In this document: positions 10,094 to 20,689 of the stretch, piece after piece
Layout: each line of letters opens with the position of its first letter
Numbering within the stretch: the stretch's first letter is position 1
NCBI GenBank assembly: GCA_965206745.1
Contig: OZ242220.1
Location: 1,632,001 to 1,696,000 of the forward strand
Direction: 5' to 3'
Length of the DNA: 64,000 nt
From: Nitrosopumilus sp.
GTDB lineage: Archaea > Thermoproteota > Nitrososphaeria > Nitrososphaerales > Nitrosopumilaceae
The notes under the pieces: generated by a model
What the model saw: only the letters and a program-made list of their open reading frames with translations
What the model was told of the DNA's origin: nothing
Database searches by the model: none
Position numbers and translations under genes: made by a program

Positions 10094-11380
10094 ATGAGAT
10101 ATGAGAGTTTAAATGATCCACGATCTGAATTTCTTAAACAAGTTCAAAAAACATCTAATTGGTTTAAGAATGTTGAAATTTCTTTAGTGATTGTAAAAGA
10201 AGAAGGAAAGAATTTGTTAGTTGCAGGTAATGCGATCTTTGTTCACAAAAATGATGAAAACAGAAAAGAGATAACATATGACTATGACCGAGTAGTTTTA
10301 GCTAGAAGAATTTTGGAGATTGATGAATTCATCAAGTTATTTCCATCTAAACCTTCAAACACATTAGACATCAAAGATCTAGAGGCTATTTTTCTTGGAA
10401 CAGGTTTTGACCATGGCGTTTATCACATTCCCAGCAATTCTAAAGGATTTGATATGTTATTTGATTGGTCATCTAGAGTGTATCTATATGTGAGTGATCA
10501 AAGCACTTCCTATGATAGCGGATGGGATTTTCTTGTCAAACCTAACTGTCCCCCATTTCCTAATTTGAATGACGCAATAGATTCATTCTTAGATAAAGAG
10601 CATGCCCTTAGAGATCATCGTATTGATGGTCTAAAAATTATTTTGCCTGATTATCATGCACGTATCAAAGATATCGTAATATCTGATAACAGTATTTCAG
10701 TTGAAATAGAATCTAGAGAAATTAATCAAGATCAACTAATTTTTAAAATAAATGCCAAATATGGCCAAAAGCAATTTTTGTCTGAGGATATTTACATAGA
10801 TCAAAAGATCATTTACGTAAAAATCCCATTTAAACCTGAAACCATGTACTTATTTTTGATTGACAAGACTAATGGCAGTCTTTTTGATTTTGTAGAGTAT
10901 GGAAATTACACTACAGATCGTGTTAAACATATCACAATCAAAACATCCTCTGAATTAATTGAATCTTTGATTACCAAGGGAGAGAACAAAAATATTGAGT
11001 TAAAACGTAAAATAGGTTCTGAATTCTTAGAATCTGTAGGGGCTTTTGCAAATACTGAAGGTGGAAAAATTATTCTAGGCGTGGATGATCGTCAAAATAT
11101 TGTTGGGATTCATGATGATTTCTCAAAGTTGGAAAAACAAATTCGAGGTACAATTAATGGTAGAATTCAACCTCAAATAGAGGTGAATGTTGAGTTAATT
11201 GAAATTCGTCAAAGTCCTGTTGTGGTTGTTACCGTTCCTAATGGTAAGAACAAACCTTACTTGTTAGATGGAGTTGCATATATCCGAAATGACGAAGCAG
11301 ATGTGGCAATGGGTAGATCTGAATTAGATGCAATATACCATTCTAGATATTCTGTGAATAGAGACTCTGATCAAGATTAG
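10094..11380 (+). CDS. Protein with C-terminal Schlafen/AlbA_2 domain
   Basis: GENKNIELK...VGAFANTEGGKIILGVDD...KPY...AYIR. Confidence 0.85.
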   Translation: MRYESLNDPRSEFLKQVQKTSNWFKNVEISLVIVKEEGKNLLVAGNAIFVHKNDENRKEITYDYDRVVLARRILEIDEFIKLFPSKPSNTLDIKDLEAIFLGTGFDHGVYHIPSNSKGFDMLFDWSSRVYLYVSDQSTSYDSGWDFLVKPNCPPFPNLNDAIDSFLDKEHALRDHRIDGLKIILPDYHARIKDIVISDNSISVEIESREINQDQLIFKINAKYGQKQFLSEDIYIDQKIIYVKIPFKPETMYLFLIDKTNGSLFDFVEYGNYTTDRVKHITIKTSSELIESLITKGENKNIELKRKIGSEFLESVGAFANTEGGKIILGVDDRQNIVGIHDDFSKLEKQIRGTINGRIQPQIEVNVELIEIRQSPVVVVTVPNGKNKPYLLDGVAYIRNDEADVAMGRSELDAIYHSRYSVNRDSDQD

Positions 11381-11701
11381 TGATCTCGATAAAATTTTAT
11401 TATCTTTTTTAACATGTTGAATGCGATTTGATTTTATGATATTTTAGCTGACCTTTTGTATACAATTCATAAAACGTGGGTATTGTCAAATCTTCGGAGG
11501 TTAGTCGTTAAATATGGATCTTGTTCCGATTCAAATCCTCCATTTGGATCTAGATATGTCTAATCACACAATTCCAGAAATATCTCAAATTATAAAGTGA
11601 GAAATTATACGGATGCCATATTCAGGATCTGAAAAGGAGGTCAAGTAAGAAATGATGGTTGGTTTTTCCTCCTTATTTTGATCGGTTCTGTTAAATTATG
11701 A

Positions 11702-11959
11702 TTAGGGCTTGCATTTTATACAGGATTGAGCCTCGGGATAGTCTTGTTTGATGCAGGATAGTTGGGATTTTGTATATAATTTATAATCTGAATGAAGAGG
11801 AGAATCTTCTTTTTGTTCCATCATTGGAAGTTGGAAAGAACAACAACTAGTTTTATGAAATCTGTTTTTTGATGATGCTGGTCCTCTCACGACTGCCACA
11901 TAACCATCGACATTATTCTTGATAAAATATCTCAATTCTTCATGCGTTGTTTTATCCAT
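11702..11959 (-). CDS. Small putative metal-binding protein
   Basis: FHKTSC...CIKCKP; same HxxxC...CxxCKP pattern as 60067-60300. Confidence 0.55.
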   Translation of the reverse strand: MDKTTHEELRYFIKNNVDGYVAVVRGPASSKNRFHKTSCCSFQLPMMEQKEDSPLHSDYKLYTKSQLSCIKQDYPEAQSCIKCKP

Positions 11960-12141
11960 AATTATTTATCTTTTCATGATTGATTTAACCATTTTGTTGG
12001 TTGATTCTATGTAGTCTTGGGGACCTGAAATACTGATCTTATTCCGGTTCAAAAAACCCCTCTGGTAAAGTTGGAACATTTAGAACAATACAGATTGGTG
12101 TGTGGAGATGGTTGATTACAATCATGATATTAGATTTTTAA

Positions 12142-14736
12142 TCAAGATTCATCGAGAATTAAATCCAATTCCACATGTAGTGAAGTAGGTAGCCATTCCA
12201 ACACATTTGATTTGTTTTTACGTATCCATGCAATACAATCATCAACATTTGAAATTTCCGGCTCCATTTTTGTATAAAGATAAAGTGCACTAGTTCGAGT
12301 AAAACCTGCATCTATCAATAAAAATATCCTAGGATCCCAAGCACCTGCTTCTAGATATTCAGGTAAATTAACACAGAAAGGTTCATCAGAATTATTTTCA
12401 TTTAAAATCTGTCCAACTATATCACAATAGCATTGTAAGGCTCGTGTATATTCAAATTTAATTTCAGTTTCAATATCATCATCAAGCTCATCAATCACTC
12501 TATTGATAAATGCTTTATCTTTTTCCTCATTCTTACGTAGACTTAGTTCAATTTTTTTAGCAAGTAATTGTTTGTATGGATATCCCTTAATCCAGTTAAC
12601 GGCAAGAGTACCAAAATAAATATAACTTTTATTAGATTTATGGAAAATAATTCGTGAAATAATTTCAAAAATTTGTAAAAGATTGTTGTAAAAATTTTTA
12701 CGATCATCTGGAAATGGTGGTAAAATTAAATTCTTTGGTGTTTTTAAAAATTTGTAAAGGTGATGCTGGAATCTAGGATCAATGCCTCTATTTTTAAGAA
12801 TAACGCTACGATTCAGATCTTTAATTGATGTTGAAATTTCTTGTAAATGAGTTATTATCTGTCCTTTTATTTCAGGATCTAATGATTTACATTTAGTATT
12901 CAAATAACCATCGATATCTAGAACCTGAAAATATTTTGTCATTAAATTTATTGCAACACTTTTTGTACCTTGATTTAAATTATTAGTAGTAAGAGAATTT
13001 TTTAGATATTCTAGAACGTCTGCTGTATTTTTAGAAAGAATTTTTTCAGTTGCACTTTTAATAGGTTCAATTTCAATTTCTGGATCAAATGGATCACTTT
13101 CAAACCATTCTTCTCTATCGATGCAGTAAATGTCTCCATAGTAATCTTTCAAAAGTCTACCTGCACGACCTGCTATATTATTCAAACTGGTTTTATCCAT
13201 ATTTAGTGTCTTGCCTAATTTTGGATTAAACAACACGACATTTTTTGCAGGTAAATTAACTCCTTCTATCAGTGTACTGGTACAACATAATGTGTCGATT
13301 TGTTTATTTTCGTAAAGATCTTTTACAACCAGTCTTACAAAATGAGGCATTTTACCATAATGATATCCTATTCCTGCGTCAAGATGATCTAGTAAATAAT
13401 ATTCAGAATGTACGTGTGTTTTAATAAAATCTATTGATTCTTTTAATTTATCAGACAATTCTGATCTTTCAGAATATTTAGAAATATACTTACAAACTGT
13501 TCTGCAATCACTCCTAGTATTACAATATACTAATGTTGGATCTTTACGTTGAATAATGTCAGTTACAACCAATGCTTTTTTAACCGACATTGTCTTTATT
13601 TCTACATTTTTCTCTATTTTTTTATCATATAATGGAATATTTTTATTAAATTCATACGAGAATAAAGAAAGATTCATTCGTTTTGGTTTTTTTGAAAATA
13701 TAACATCAAAGAAATTTTGACCTACGGGTGTTTTTGTTGTTTTGAATGTATTTATTCTATCATTAATATTGAAAATTTGTTTAAATCTATTTGGATCTGC
13801 ATTAGGAGAAATGAAGATTTTTTGCATTGCTGGATTTGACGACATCAAATCATACACTGCATCTTCTATTATTACTCCTCTATCATATTCACTTACTTTT
13901 TGTGCTTCATCGACGACTAATAATTGCACTTGTATTTCATACTCATTTGCAACCATTTGTTGTAATCTTTCTTGTGTCATAACAAAGATTTTTTTCTCAA
14001 CTTTAATTATTTTATCTATATTCATATTATTAACTGAATTAAAAATTAATATCTTTTTTGTAACATCTTCATAATTTTTTAAATTTTGTTTTAGGCTATC
14101 TTGAACTTCTTTAATCAATGATTTAGTAGGTGCAATGTAAACTGCACAATAGGTATCATTATGTTGAAGTTGTTCTGTAATAAATTTATGTACAATGAAA
14201 GATTTTCCAGCAGAAGTAGGAGCAGAAAAAGAAACATTCAGTTTCTTTTTAAGATTCAGTAAAATCTTACTCTGAAAATCGGTTAAATTATATTTTATGT
14301 TGCCAATTTCCTCTTGGTTGAAGATTTTTGATGAAATGATTTCTGGTAATTGCATATCATTTCCTTTTAACTCTACTGGAGAATCAAGAAAAGAAAAATA
14401 ATCTTTAGAATCTTCACTGTTGATCATATATTGTATGGTTGGAAGATCTCCTAATCGTGCCAAAATAATCTGGGCAAGATAAGGCAAGAATTCATATTTG
14501 TTTTTAAGAGTTTCTAAAAGAAAAATAGTGATTTTAAAGGCGATTTTTTGAAATTTTGCATTATTTTGATTTAAAGCCAAAACTGATGCAGATTCTACGA
14601 GTCGTTTGATTTGCTCTCGGGTAAGAGATTCGTTAGAGTTTGTAAATTTTGATAGTATTAGATCTCGATAATCTTTTTGAAAATCACTATTCTGATATAT
14701 GTTATCAGTAATAGCTGATACAAGTTTGCTAGTCAT
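12142..14736 (-). CDS. hamB: Hachiman HamB, Ski2-like SF2 helicase
   Basis: SAPTSAGKS, MTQER, VVDEAQ, YHYGKMP, CTSTLIEGVNLPA, NIAGRAGR; overlaps the upstream hamA. Confidence 0.88.
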   Translation of the reverse strand: MTSKLVSAITDNIYQNSDFQKDYRDLILSKFTNSNESLTREQIKRLVESASVLALNQNNAKFQKIAFKITIFLLETLKNKYEFLPYLAQIILARLGDLPTIQYMINSEDSKDYFSFLDSPVELKGNDMQLPEIISSKIFNQEEIGNIKYNLTDFQSKILLNLKKKLNVSFSAPTSAGKSFIVHKFITEQLQHNDTYCAVYIAPTKSLIKEVQDSLKQNLKNYEDVTKKILIFNSVNNMNIDKIIKVEKKIFVMTQERLQQMVANEYEIQVQLLVVDEAQKVSEYDRGVIIEDAVYDLMSSNPAMQKIFISPNADPNRFKQIFNINDRINTFKTTKTPVGQNFFDVIFSKKPKRMNLSLFSYEFNKNIPLYDKKIEKNVEIKTMSVKKALVVTDIIQRKDPTLVYCNTRSDCRTVCKYISKYSERSELSDKLKESIDFIKTHVHSEYYLLDHLDAGIGYHYGKMPHFVRLVVKDLYENKQIDTLCCTSTLIEGVNLPAKNVVLFNPKLGKTLNMDKTSLNNIAGRAGRLLKDYYGDIYCIDREEWFESDPFDPEIEIEPIKSATEKILSKNTADVLEYLKNSLTTNNLNQGTKSVAINLMTKYFQVLDIDGYLNTKCKSLDPEIKGQIITHLQEISTSIKDLNRSVILKNRGIDPRFQHHLYKFLKTPKNLILPPFPDDRKNFYNNLLQIFEIISRIIFHKSNKSYIYFGTLAVNWIKGYPYKQLLAKKIELSLRKNEEKDKAFINRVIDELDDDIETEIKFEYTRALQCYCDIVGQILNENNSDEPFCVNLPEYLEAGAWDPRIFLLIDAGFTRTSALYLYTKMEPEISNVDDCIAWIRKNKSNVLEWLPTSLHVELDLILDES

Positions 14737-15656
14737 GTTTCTAATTCCTCTAAGAATTTTTTTCTAAATTTATCTACACTTTTGAACGGCAGTATGTAAA
14801 AAGTTGTTGTTCTATTACGATCATCAGTTAAATTATTTTGAATAGATTCAGACACTGTCTTAAACAATCTATCATGTTCTTTTTGATATTCAGTTTGTAA
14901 ATAATTTCTAAGAGATGATTCAGATGCTGGTTTTTGTTTTCCCATTAAAGATTCATCATAACCAATAAACACTGCATTGGTTTTTGATAAATTACGTTTA
15001 TCTGAATATGGTGATAAAAGTTTAACAAGTTTCTCTGCGTATTCATCATATCTACTATTATCAATATGGCTTGAGACCAAATCAATTTCAAATTTTTCTT
15101 TTTTATGATCAAAATTTTTTATATCTTTAACTGCAGCATTCACTCCCGAAGAAAAATCCTTATGCATTTTAGATTGACCGTAATGTAGAATTATGCCATT
15201 ATCTACTTGAATATGAATTGCATCTAACCCATGAACATGCATTTGACTACTAGATTTGAGATTCATTTTATTCAAAAGTTGGAATATGCTTTTAGATTCA
15301 AGAATTAAAAAAAGAATTAATTCACCAGCTTCACCTGTTGTTTTATTTTTCACAAATTTACTTTTTGTTTTTTTCACAATATCAAACATTTTTGATGCTT
15401 GTTCTTCGGCAGTTAATCCTTCTAGAATGTATTCTTTTCTTTGTAAAACATAATTAATGCTTTTACTAGTAATAAATTCTATAAACTCTTCTTCACGAAT
15501 TTCACTCACTGTAGATTCAATTAGAAAAAATTCACAATTCAATTTCTGTTTAGATTTTGAATTTGGAAAAGAATACAAGATATTATCTAAAGTTGATTCA
15601 TTAATTGATCGTCTATTCTCCATAAATTTTTTGAATTCTGATTCATTTAGTGGCAA
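14733..15656 (-). CDS. hamA: Hachiman HamA (DUF1837)
   Basis: GEAGELILFLILE...KMNLK...VHGLDAIH...GQSK, directly upstream of the helicase. Confidence 0.85.
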   Translation of the reverse strand: MPLNESEFKKFMENRRSINESTLDNILYSFPNSKSKQKLNCEFFLIESTVSEIREEEFIEFITSKSINYVLQRKEYILEGLTAEEQASKMFDIVKKTKSKFVKNKTTGEAGELILFLILESKSIFQLLNKMNLKSSSQMHVHGLDAIHIQVDNGIILHYGQSKMHKDFSSGVNAAVKDIKNFDHKKEKFEIDLVSSHIDNSRYDEYAEKLVKLLSPYSDKRNLSKTNAVFIGYDESLMGKQKPASESSLRNYLQTEYQKEHDRLFKTVSESIQNNLTDDRNRTTTFYILPFKSVDKFRKKFLEELET

Positions 15657-15919
15657 CGAATAATCTAATGATCAATTATATTTAAAACCGTTTATGAATA
15701 TTCAGAAATTCTGATTGTATTTTCAAAATAACTGAAAAAATCTAATTTTTCAGATATTTGGATCTATTAAGAAGGAATATTCTATCATGCCAAGATATCA
15801 TGCCAAAAACACGACAAAACACTCCAAAATAACCACAGCATTGGCAAATTCAACTTTTCCATGATTGTATAGAAAAGGTCAACATTCCAATCTCAAAGAG
15901 ATACAGCTCAAAATATGGC

Positions 15920-16690
15920 CTAGTGCATACCGTATCACTATTACTTGTTATGTGCAAAAAACACTGCACTGTCAAATCCTCATATATTGGACATCAAATA
16001 CATGATCTTATTCCACCTCCAAAAAACCCCCCAGGCCCCCGACATCTATCAAACACACCCATTCATCGGACTGTCAATCTGATATTCCCACAGAAAGTTT
16101 GGGCAGGTATCCCCCCCAAACATCATATCGCAGGGTACAGGGGATACACCTGTGCAGGTTTGCCCCTTGGGCCCGCAGTTATCCTATCCCCCATATAGGG
16201 TATTTACAGTCAGGAGGACAGCAAGGGATGCCAGTAGGGTCTGCAGTCATCTCAGGGTAATCCTCAAGGGTACTATTGGCCGCATGTATGCAAGCCGGGG
16301 ATCAAAGCATGCCCTCTCCCTATCCCCCCAGGTCACAGAAGAGCCGGAGATTGTAAAGATCATAGAGAGGCACTTTGAGGGACGCCAGGGGTTTTCACTA
16401 TCTGCAGGGATTTGCAGGGACAGGGGTGCAAGGGCCTGAAAGGGTCAGAATATGCATAGAGGGGCCCCCACCCCCCACAGATGACAGGGAGGCAGGGCTT
16501 GCAGAACGTCATGTGACAGTTTCAGAGGCGGTAGGGGGGTATAGGGCTTTGGTGTGTAGGGGAACAGGTGAAACTGGGAATCTAAAAGCTGTTTCTTTGA
16601 TTGTATGGGGTTTAGAGGGATATCCCAAAGGTATGCCCTGGCCTGTAGTATCCCAATTTACAGGCGTAAATTTGTCAAATCCTGACTAGA
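15920..16690. other. GC-rich segment with fragmented ORFs, probably a decayed gene
   Basis: Abrupt GC rise, C/G homopolymers and overlapping short + strand ORFs with no recognisable motif. Confidence 0.35.
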
Positions 16691-16743
16691 TATCAGATAA
16701 TCCTTGCCAAATTCTGCAATATCTGGAAAAATCCCGATCTCTT

Positions 16744-17745
16744 ATGAAGGTTATATTGTCGTGCATACAGGCTTTTGTAATGCCCAAAGATTATCTGCAG
16801 ATGTTCAATCGCTTCTTCAGCAAGGAGGGAAGAATGTCAAGCACATACAAGCCGGTATTCTTACGGGCCATTTTGGACATTGGGGATCTACACGACTCTG
16901 AAACAAAGCAAGGGTTGGTCGGAGGGCAGTGGTTGGAACGCAAAGATGGCAAAATCTTGGTGGATCTGAATTTTATTGCGATACGTTTTGCAAAATATTA
17001 CTGGGATATGGAGTATAGCTTTCATCTCAGACAATCCCAAGATCCGCAAGATGCAAACATTACCAGATTCATAAAAGAAATTCATGATCCCCAAAAGAAA
17101 CCGCCCACCATAAAGGAACTGTCATCTGATGAGATGGAGCATTTTAGAAACAAGGTAATTGCCAAGAGCATCAGGCCAGAGGTTCTGGTGTGGCTGCTTA
17201 CCGACATGGATGGGTTTTATAAAAAAATAGATTCAAAGATAATATCACTTGATGAGGATGTTATCGAATTTCTGCATATGCATAAGAGTATTCTCAAAAA
17301 AGGATTGAATAATTCCCTTGCAAAATACCTTGAAAAATTGAATCGCATGACGCCACAAATTGCAAACAAGATAGACAATGGGCTTAAAAATCGTACAATT
17401 TTAAAAACAGAGATACAGCTTTGGCTGAACAAACAGCAGGATTCCAAGTGTTTTTATTGCAAAAATAAACTTGATCGTCCACATGTTGATCATGTGATAC
17501 CATACAACTATGTTTTTTCAACTGACCCGTACAACTGTGCACTGACATGCCAGCAATGCAATTGCACAAAATCAGACATGTTGCCACACAAGGATTTATT
17601 CGACAACATAATAGAACGTAACAGGGAGATCACGGACTACCTGAAAAAGATAAACTCACAGTATGATGAGAAGTCATATCTGCGACTTTTTGATACGTGT
17701 GCAGAAGAATACAATGCTGGAAGATATTTTAGTCCGGATATCTAA
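16744..17745 (+). CDS. HNH endonuclease with N-terminal helical domain (likely start ATG 16780)
   Basis: SSTYKPVFLRAIL...FAKYYW at the N-terminus; CFYC...HVDHVIP...CQQCNCTKSD HNH/Zn motif. Confidence 0.85.
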   Translation: MKVILSCIQAFVMPKDYLQMFNRFFSKEGRMSSTYKPVFLRAILDIGDLHDSETKQGLVGGQWLERKDGKILVDLNFIAIRFAKYYWDMEYSFHLRQSQDPQDANITRFIKEIHDPQKKPPTIKELSSDEMEHFRNKVIAKSIRPEVLVWLLTDMDGFYKKIDSKIISLDEDVIEFLHMHKSILKKGLNNSLAKYLEKLNRMTPQIANKIDNGLKNRTILKTEIQLWLNKQQDSKCFYCKNKLDRPHVDHVIPYNYVFSTDPYNCALTCQQCNCTKSDMLPHKDLFDNIIERNREITDYLKKINSQYDEKSYLRLFDTCAEEYNAGRYFSPDI

Positions 17746-17766
17746 TAATTGATGAAAAATTTCAGA

Positions 17767-18036
17767 TTAATCTCTGGTTTTTGATATTATCAGGCCCAAT
17801 GCTATTGCTAAACCACCACCAATAATAACGCCTTTGCCCAAATCACTCTTCCACACATGTTTGACCAGTTCAGGGATGGATTCGTGTGGATCATTTTCAT
17901 CATAATGTGTTGAGCAGTTACCAGTTACAGGATCACACTCTGCATGCCAGTGCCCATTACGAAAATGGATTTTGTCTAATTTTTCACCTAATGATGGCTT
18001 CCAGTCTGGGTCTGCCTGATAGTCGTGAATACTCAT
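17767..18036 (-). CDS. Small protein with a C-terminal TM helix
   Basis: 89 aa, His-rich N-terminus, GVIIGGGLAIALGLII tail. Confidence 0.6.
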   Translation of the reverse strand: MSIHDYQADPDWKPSLGEKLDKIHFRNGHWHAECDPVTGNCSTHYDENDPHESIPELVKHVWKSDLGKGVIIGGGLAIALGLIISKTRD

Positions 18037-18123
18037 ACTATCAAAATATGACTACTAGTATTTAATGATCAATGAAAAATTCCTTGTACAGTATCAGAGC
18101 AGATCATCATATTCGACCATAAC

Positions 18124-18227
18124 TATAACAGTAAACCTCAAGTAGGTTTGTTATACCCATAACAATTTATACAAATATATTATCAATTAATTGAAATGTG
18201 CATTTTTTTCTCAAAAATAGACTTCCA
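18124..18227 (+). promoter_or_regulatory. Putative dnd1 control region: imperfect inverted repeat plus AGACTTCCA box
   Basis: tataaca(gta)aacct-caagt-aggtttgttata at 18124-18155; agacttcca at 18219-18227, also present upstream of dndB2. Confidence 0.4.
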
Positions 18228-18251
18228 AATTAGCCTCAAAATGGAGAAAAA

Positions 18252-19274
18252 ATGGTAATCAACACCCATACGTTTGAGGCAATTCGTGGAAGACAGGCAG
18301 GTAGTGATTTCTACATTGCCATGTGTACGTTAAAGTCTGTGGCAAAGATGTTTACATTCAAGGATGCAGATATTCCAGCAGAACAGAGAGCTCAGAGAAT
18401 ACTTCGTAAATCTAGGATTCCAAGGATACGTGATTACATTTTACAAAATTCAGAGGATTACACTTTTTCATCAATTACCGTATCAGTGGATGGAAAGATA
18501 ACATTCAAGCCAACTTCAGCGAAGAAAGATCTTGGGGAGATTTCAATATCTCAGGAGGCAGCAATTCTAATCAATGACGGGCAGCACCGTGCAGCCGCAA
18601 TAAAAGAGGCCATAGTAGAAAATCCGGAACTTGGCAAAGACAAGATATCAGTGGTATTTTTTGAGGACTTAAAACTCGAAAAGAGTCAGCAAATGTTTGC
18701 TGATTTGAACAAGCATGCAGTAAAACCTACAAAGTCACTTGGGATACTATATGACAGACGAAATGACTTTGCAACATTTGTAGTAGACATGATAAAAAAT
18801 GTCAAGGTATTTCACAACAGGATTGAGATGGAAAAGACCAGCATATCCAATCGATCTACAAAATTCTTTACACTCAGTGGATTGGAACTTGCAACAAAGA
18901 ATCTTCTTGGCAAAGACAAGAATCTAAGAAAGGAAGAAAAGGAACTGGTGGTTAGTTTCTGGAATATTGTTGCAAAAAATATTCCAGAATGGGTTTTACT
19001 GATGGATAAGAAGGTGACTCCAGCTGAATTGAGAGGTGACTTTGTCCATGCAAATACAAATATGCTTGAATCAATAGCACTTGCAGGAAGACATCTGATA
19101 AAGAATCATCCAAAAGAATGGAAGCGGAAATTATCCGGATTGCAGAAAATAGACTGGGGCAGGACAAATCCAGAATGGGATGGCAAAATAATCATTCGTG
19201 GCAAGATGACTAAAACCAAGGCAGGGATGAACAAAGCTGCCAAAATTCTGATAAAATACTGTGGAGGCACATGA
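18252..19274 (+). CDS. dndB: DNA sulfur modification protein DndB (DGQHR domain), cluster 1
   Basis: FEAIRGRQAG, RAQRIL...RIPRI, INDGQHR, SQQMFADLNK. Confidence 0.93.
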   Translation: MVINTHTFEAIRGRQAGSDFYIAMCTLKSVAKMFTFKDADIPAEQRAQRILRKSRIPRIRDYILQNSEDYTFSSITVSVDGKITFKPTSAKKDLGEISISQEAAILINDGQHRAAAIKEAIVENPELGKDKISVVFFEDLKLEKSQQMFADLNKHAVKPTKSLGILYDRRNDFATFVVDMIKNVKVFHNRIEMEKTSISNRSTKFFTLSGLELATKNLLGKDKNLRKEEKELVVSFWNIVAKNIPEWVLLMDKKVTPAELRGDFVHANTNMLESIALAGRHLIKNHPKEWKRKLSGLQKIDWGRTNPEWDGKIIIRGKMTKTKAGMNKAAKILIKYCGGT

Positions 19275-20689
19275 TGGAATCCGTCTTTGAATCAAGAACA
19301 CTAGACGAGATATATACCGAGATTCAGGAGGTGTATCTCGGCGATTCGAGACCCTGGATTCTAGGGTATAGTGGTGGCAAGGATTCCACATGCATGATAC
19401 AGATTATATGGACTGCACTATCAAAGCTACCAAAATCCAAACTGAATAAAAAAATCTACGTGATATCTTCAGATACTCTGGTTGAATCCCCAAAAATAGT
19501 AGAGACTGTGACTGACTCTCTTGAGCAGATGGAGATTTTTGCAAAAAAGTCGTCTATTCCACTTGAGACCAATCTTGTAAGACCAGTACTCAATGACACG
19601 TTCTGGGTGTGCATGATAGGAAAGGGATATCCTGCTCCATCAAACACATTTCGTTGGTGCACAGACAGATTAAAGATAAAGAGTGCAAACAAATTCATCG
19701 AAGACAGGGTATCTGAACACGGAGAAATCATCATGGCACTTGGAAGCAGAAAGGCAGAGAGCAGTACCAGAGCACATGTAATTGACACTCATCGAATCAA
19801 GGGCAGTCCTTTATCACATCACAACATGCTTCCACAGGCATTTATCTATGCCCCACTACAGGACTTTACCACAGAGGATGTCTGGAATTATCTTTTACAA
19901 AATACAGAGAATCAGTGGGGCAAGAATAATCGTGATCTTCTTGCAATGTACCGCGATGCAGATGCCGCTGAATGTCCTCTTGTAATTGATACTAATACTT
20001 CATCATGTGGAAACAGCAGGTTTGGATGCTGGGTGTGCACTGTGGTGGATCGTGACAAGTCAATGGAGAACATGATTGACAATGGCGAGGAATGGATGGA
20101 GCCACTTCTTGAGCTCAGACAGATACTAAAGGACACACAGGATCCAGAAAAAAAGAATGAGTTTCGTGACCTGAAGCACAGAAACGGGCACATCTTATTC
20201 TGGAATGATAGACTTGCATACGGCCCATACAAATTTGAGTTTTGTAAAAAGATACTAGAGGATCTTCTAAAGGCACAAGTTGCCGTCCGCAAAAACGGAC
20301 CGGATCCAAGCATTGCATTAATCCATGACGATGAGATTCATGAAATTCAGCGCATATGGAGGACAGAGCATGGAGACTGGAAAAATTCAGCATATGAGAT
20401 ATATCAGAAAATAACAGGGAGTGTGATTGCTCCAAAGAATGATGACTTGGGACCATTTGGTATCGTAGAACAATCAGAACTAGAGGCATCATGTAACAAG
20501 CACAGCGTCCCATACGAGCTTTTGGCTAGAGCACTGCAAGTGGAATTTGACATGCAAGGCATGACCAACAGGCAAAAAGTGCACAAGTCACTTGTAAAGA
20601 TCCTATCTGAGGAGTGGAGAGAAAATATGACTGATGCGGTACAAGATGTTGCAGATAAAAAACAAAAGATAAAGGAGATTTATGAATAA
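19271..20689 (+). CDS. dndC: DndC (PAPS-reductase-like), cluster 1
   Basis: YSGGKDS, SSDTLVE, FRWCTDRLKI, ECPLVID...SCGNSRFGCWVCTVV. Confidence 0.96.
   Translation: MMESVFESRTLDEIYTEIQEVYLGDSRPWILGYSGGKDSTCMIQIIWTALSKLPKSKLNKKIYVISSDTLVESPKIVETVTDSLEQMEIFAKKSSIPLETNLVRPVLNDTFWVCMIGKGYPAPSNTFRWCTDRLKIKSANKFIEDRVSEHGEIIMALGSRKAESSTRAHVIDTHRIKGSPLSHHNMLPQAFIYAPLQDFTTEDVWNYLLQNTENQWGKNNRDLLAMYRDADAAECPLVIDTNTSSCGNSRFGCWVCTVVDRDKSMENMIDNGEEWMEPLLELRQILKDTQDPEKKNEFRDLKHRNGHILFWNDRLAYGPYKFEFCKKILEDLLKAQVAVRKNGPDPSIALIHDDEIHEIQRIWRTEHGDWKNSAYEIYQKITGSVIAPKNDDLGPFGIVEQSELEASCNKHSVPYELLARALQVEFDMQGMTNRQKVHKSLVKILSEEWRENMTDAVQDVADKKQKIKEIYE

Noticed and set aside
308-12065. Integron attC sites
   Set aside because: The recurring motif lacks convincing R/L box dyad symmetry and no intI gene is present
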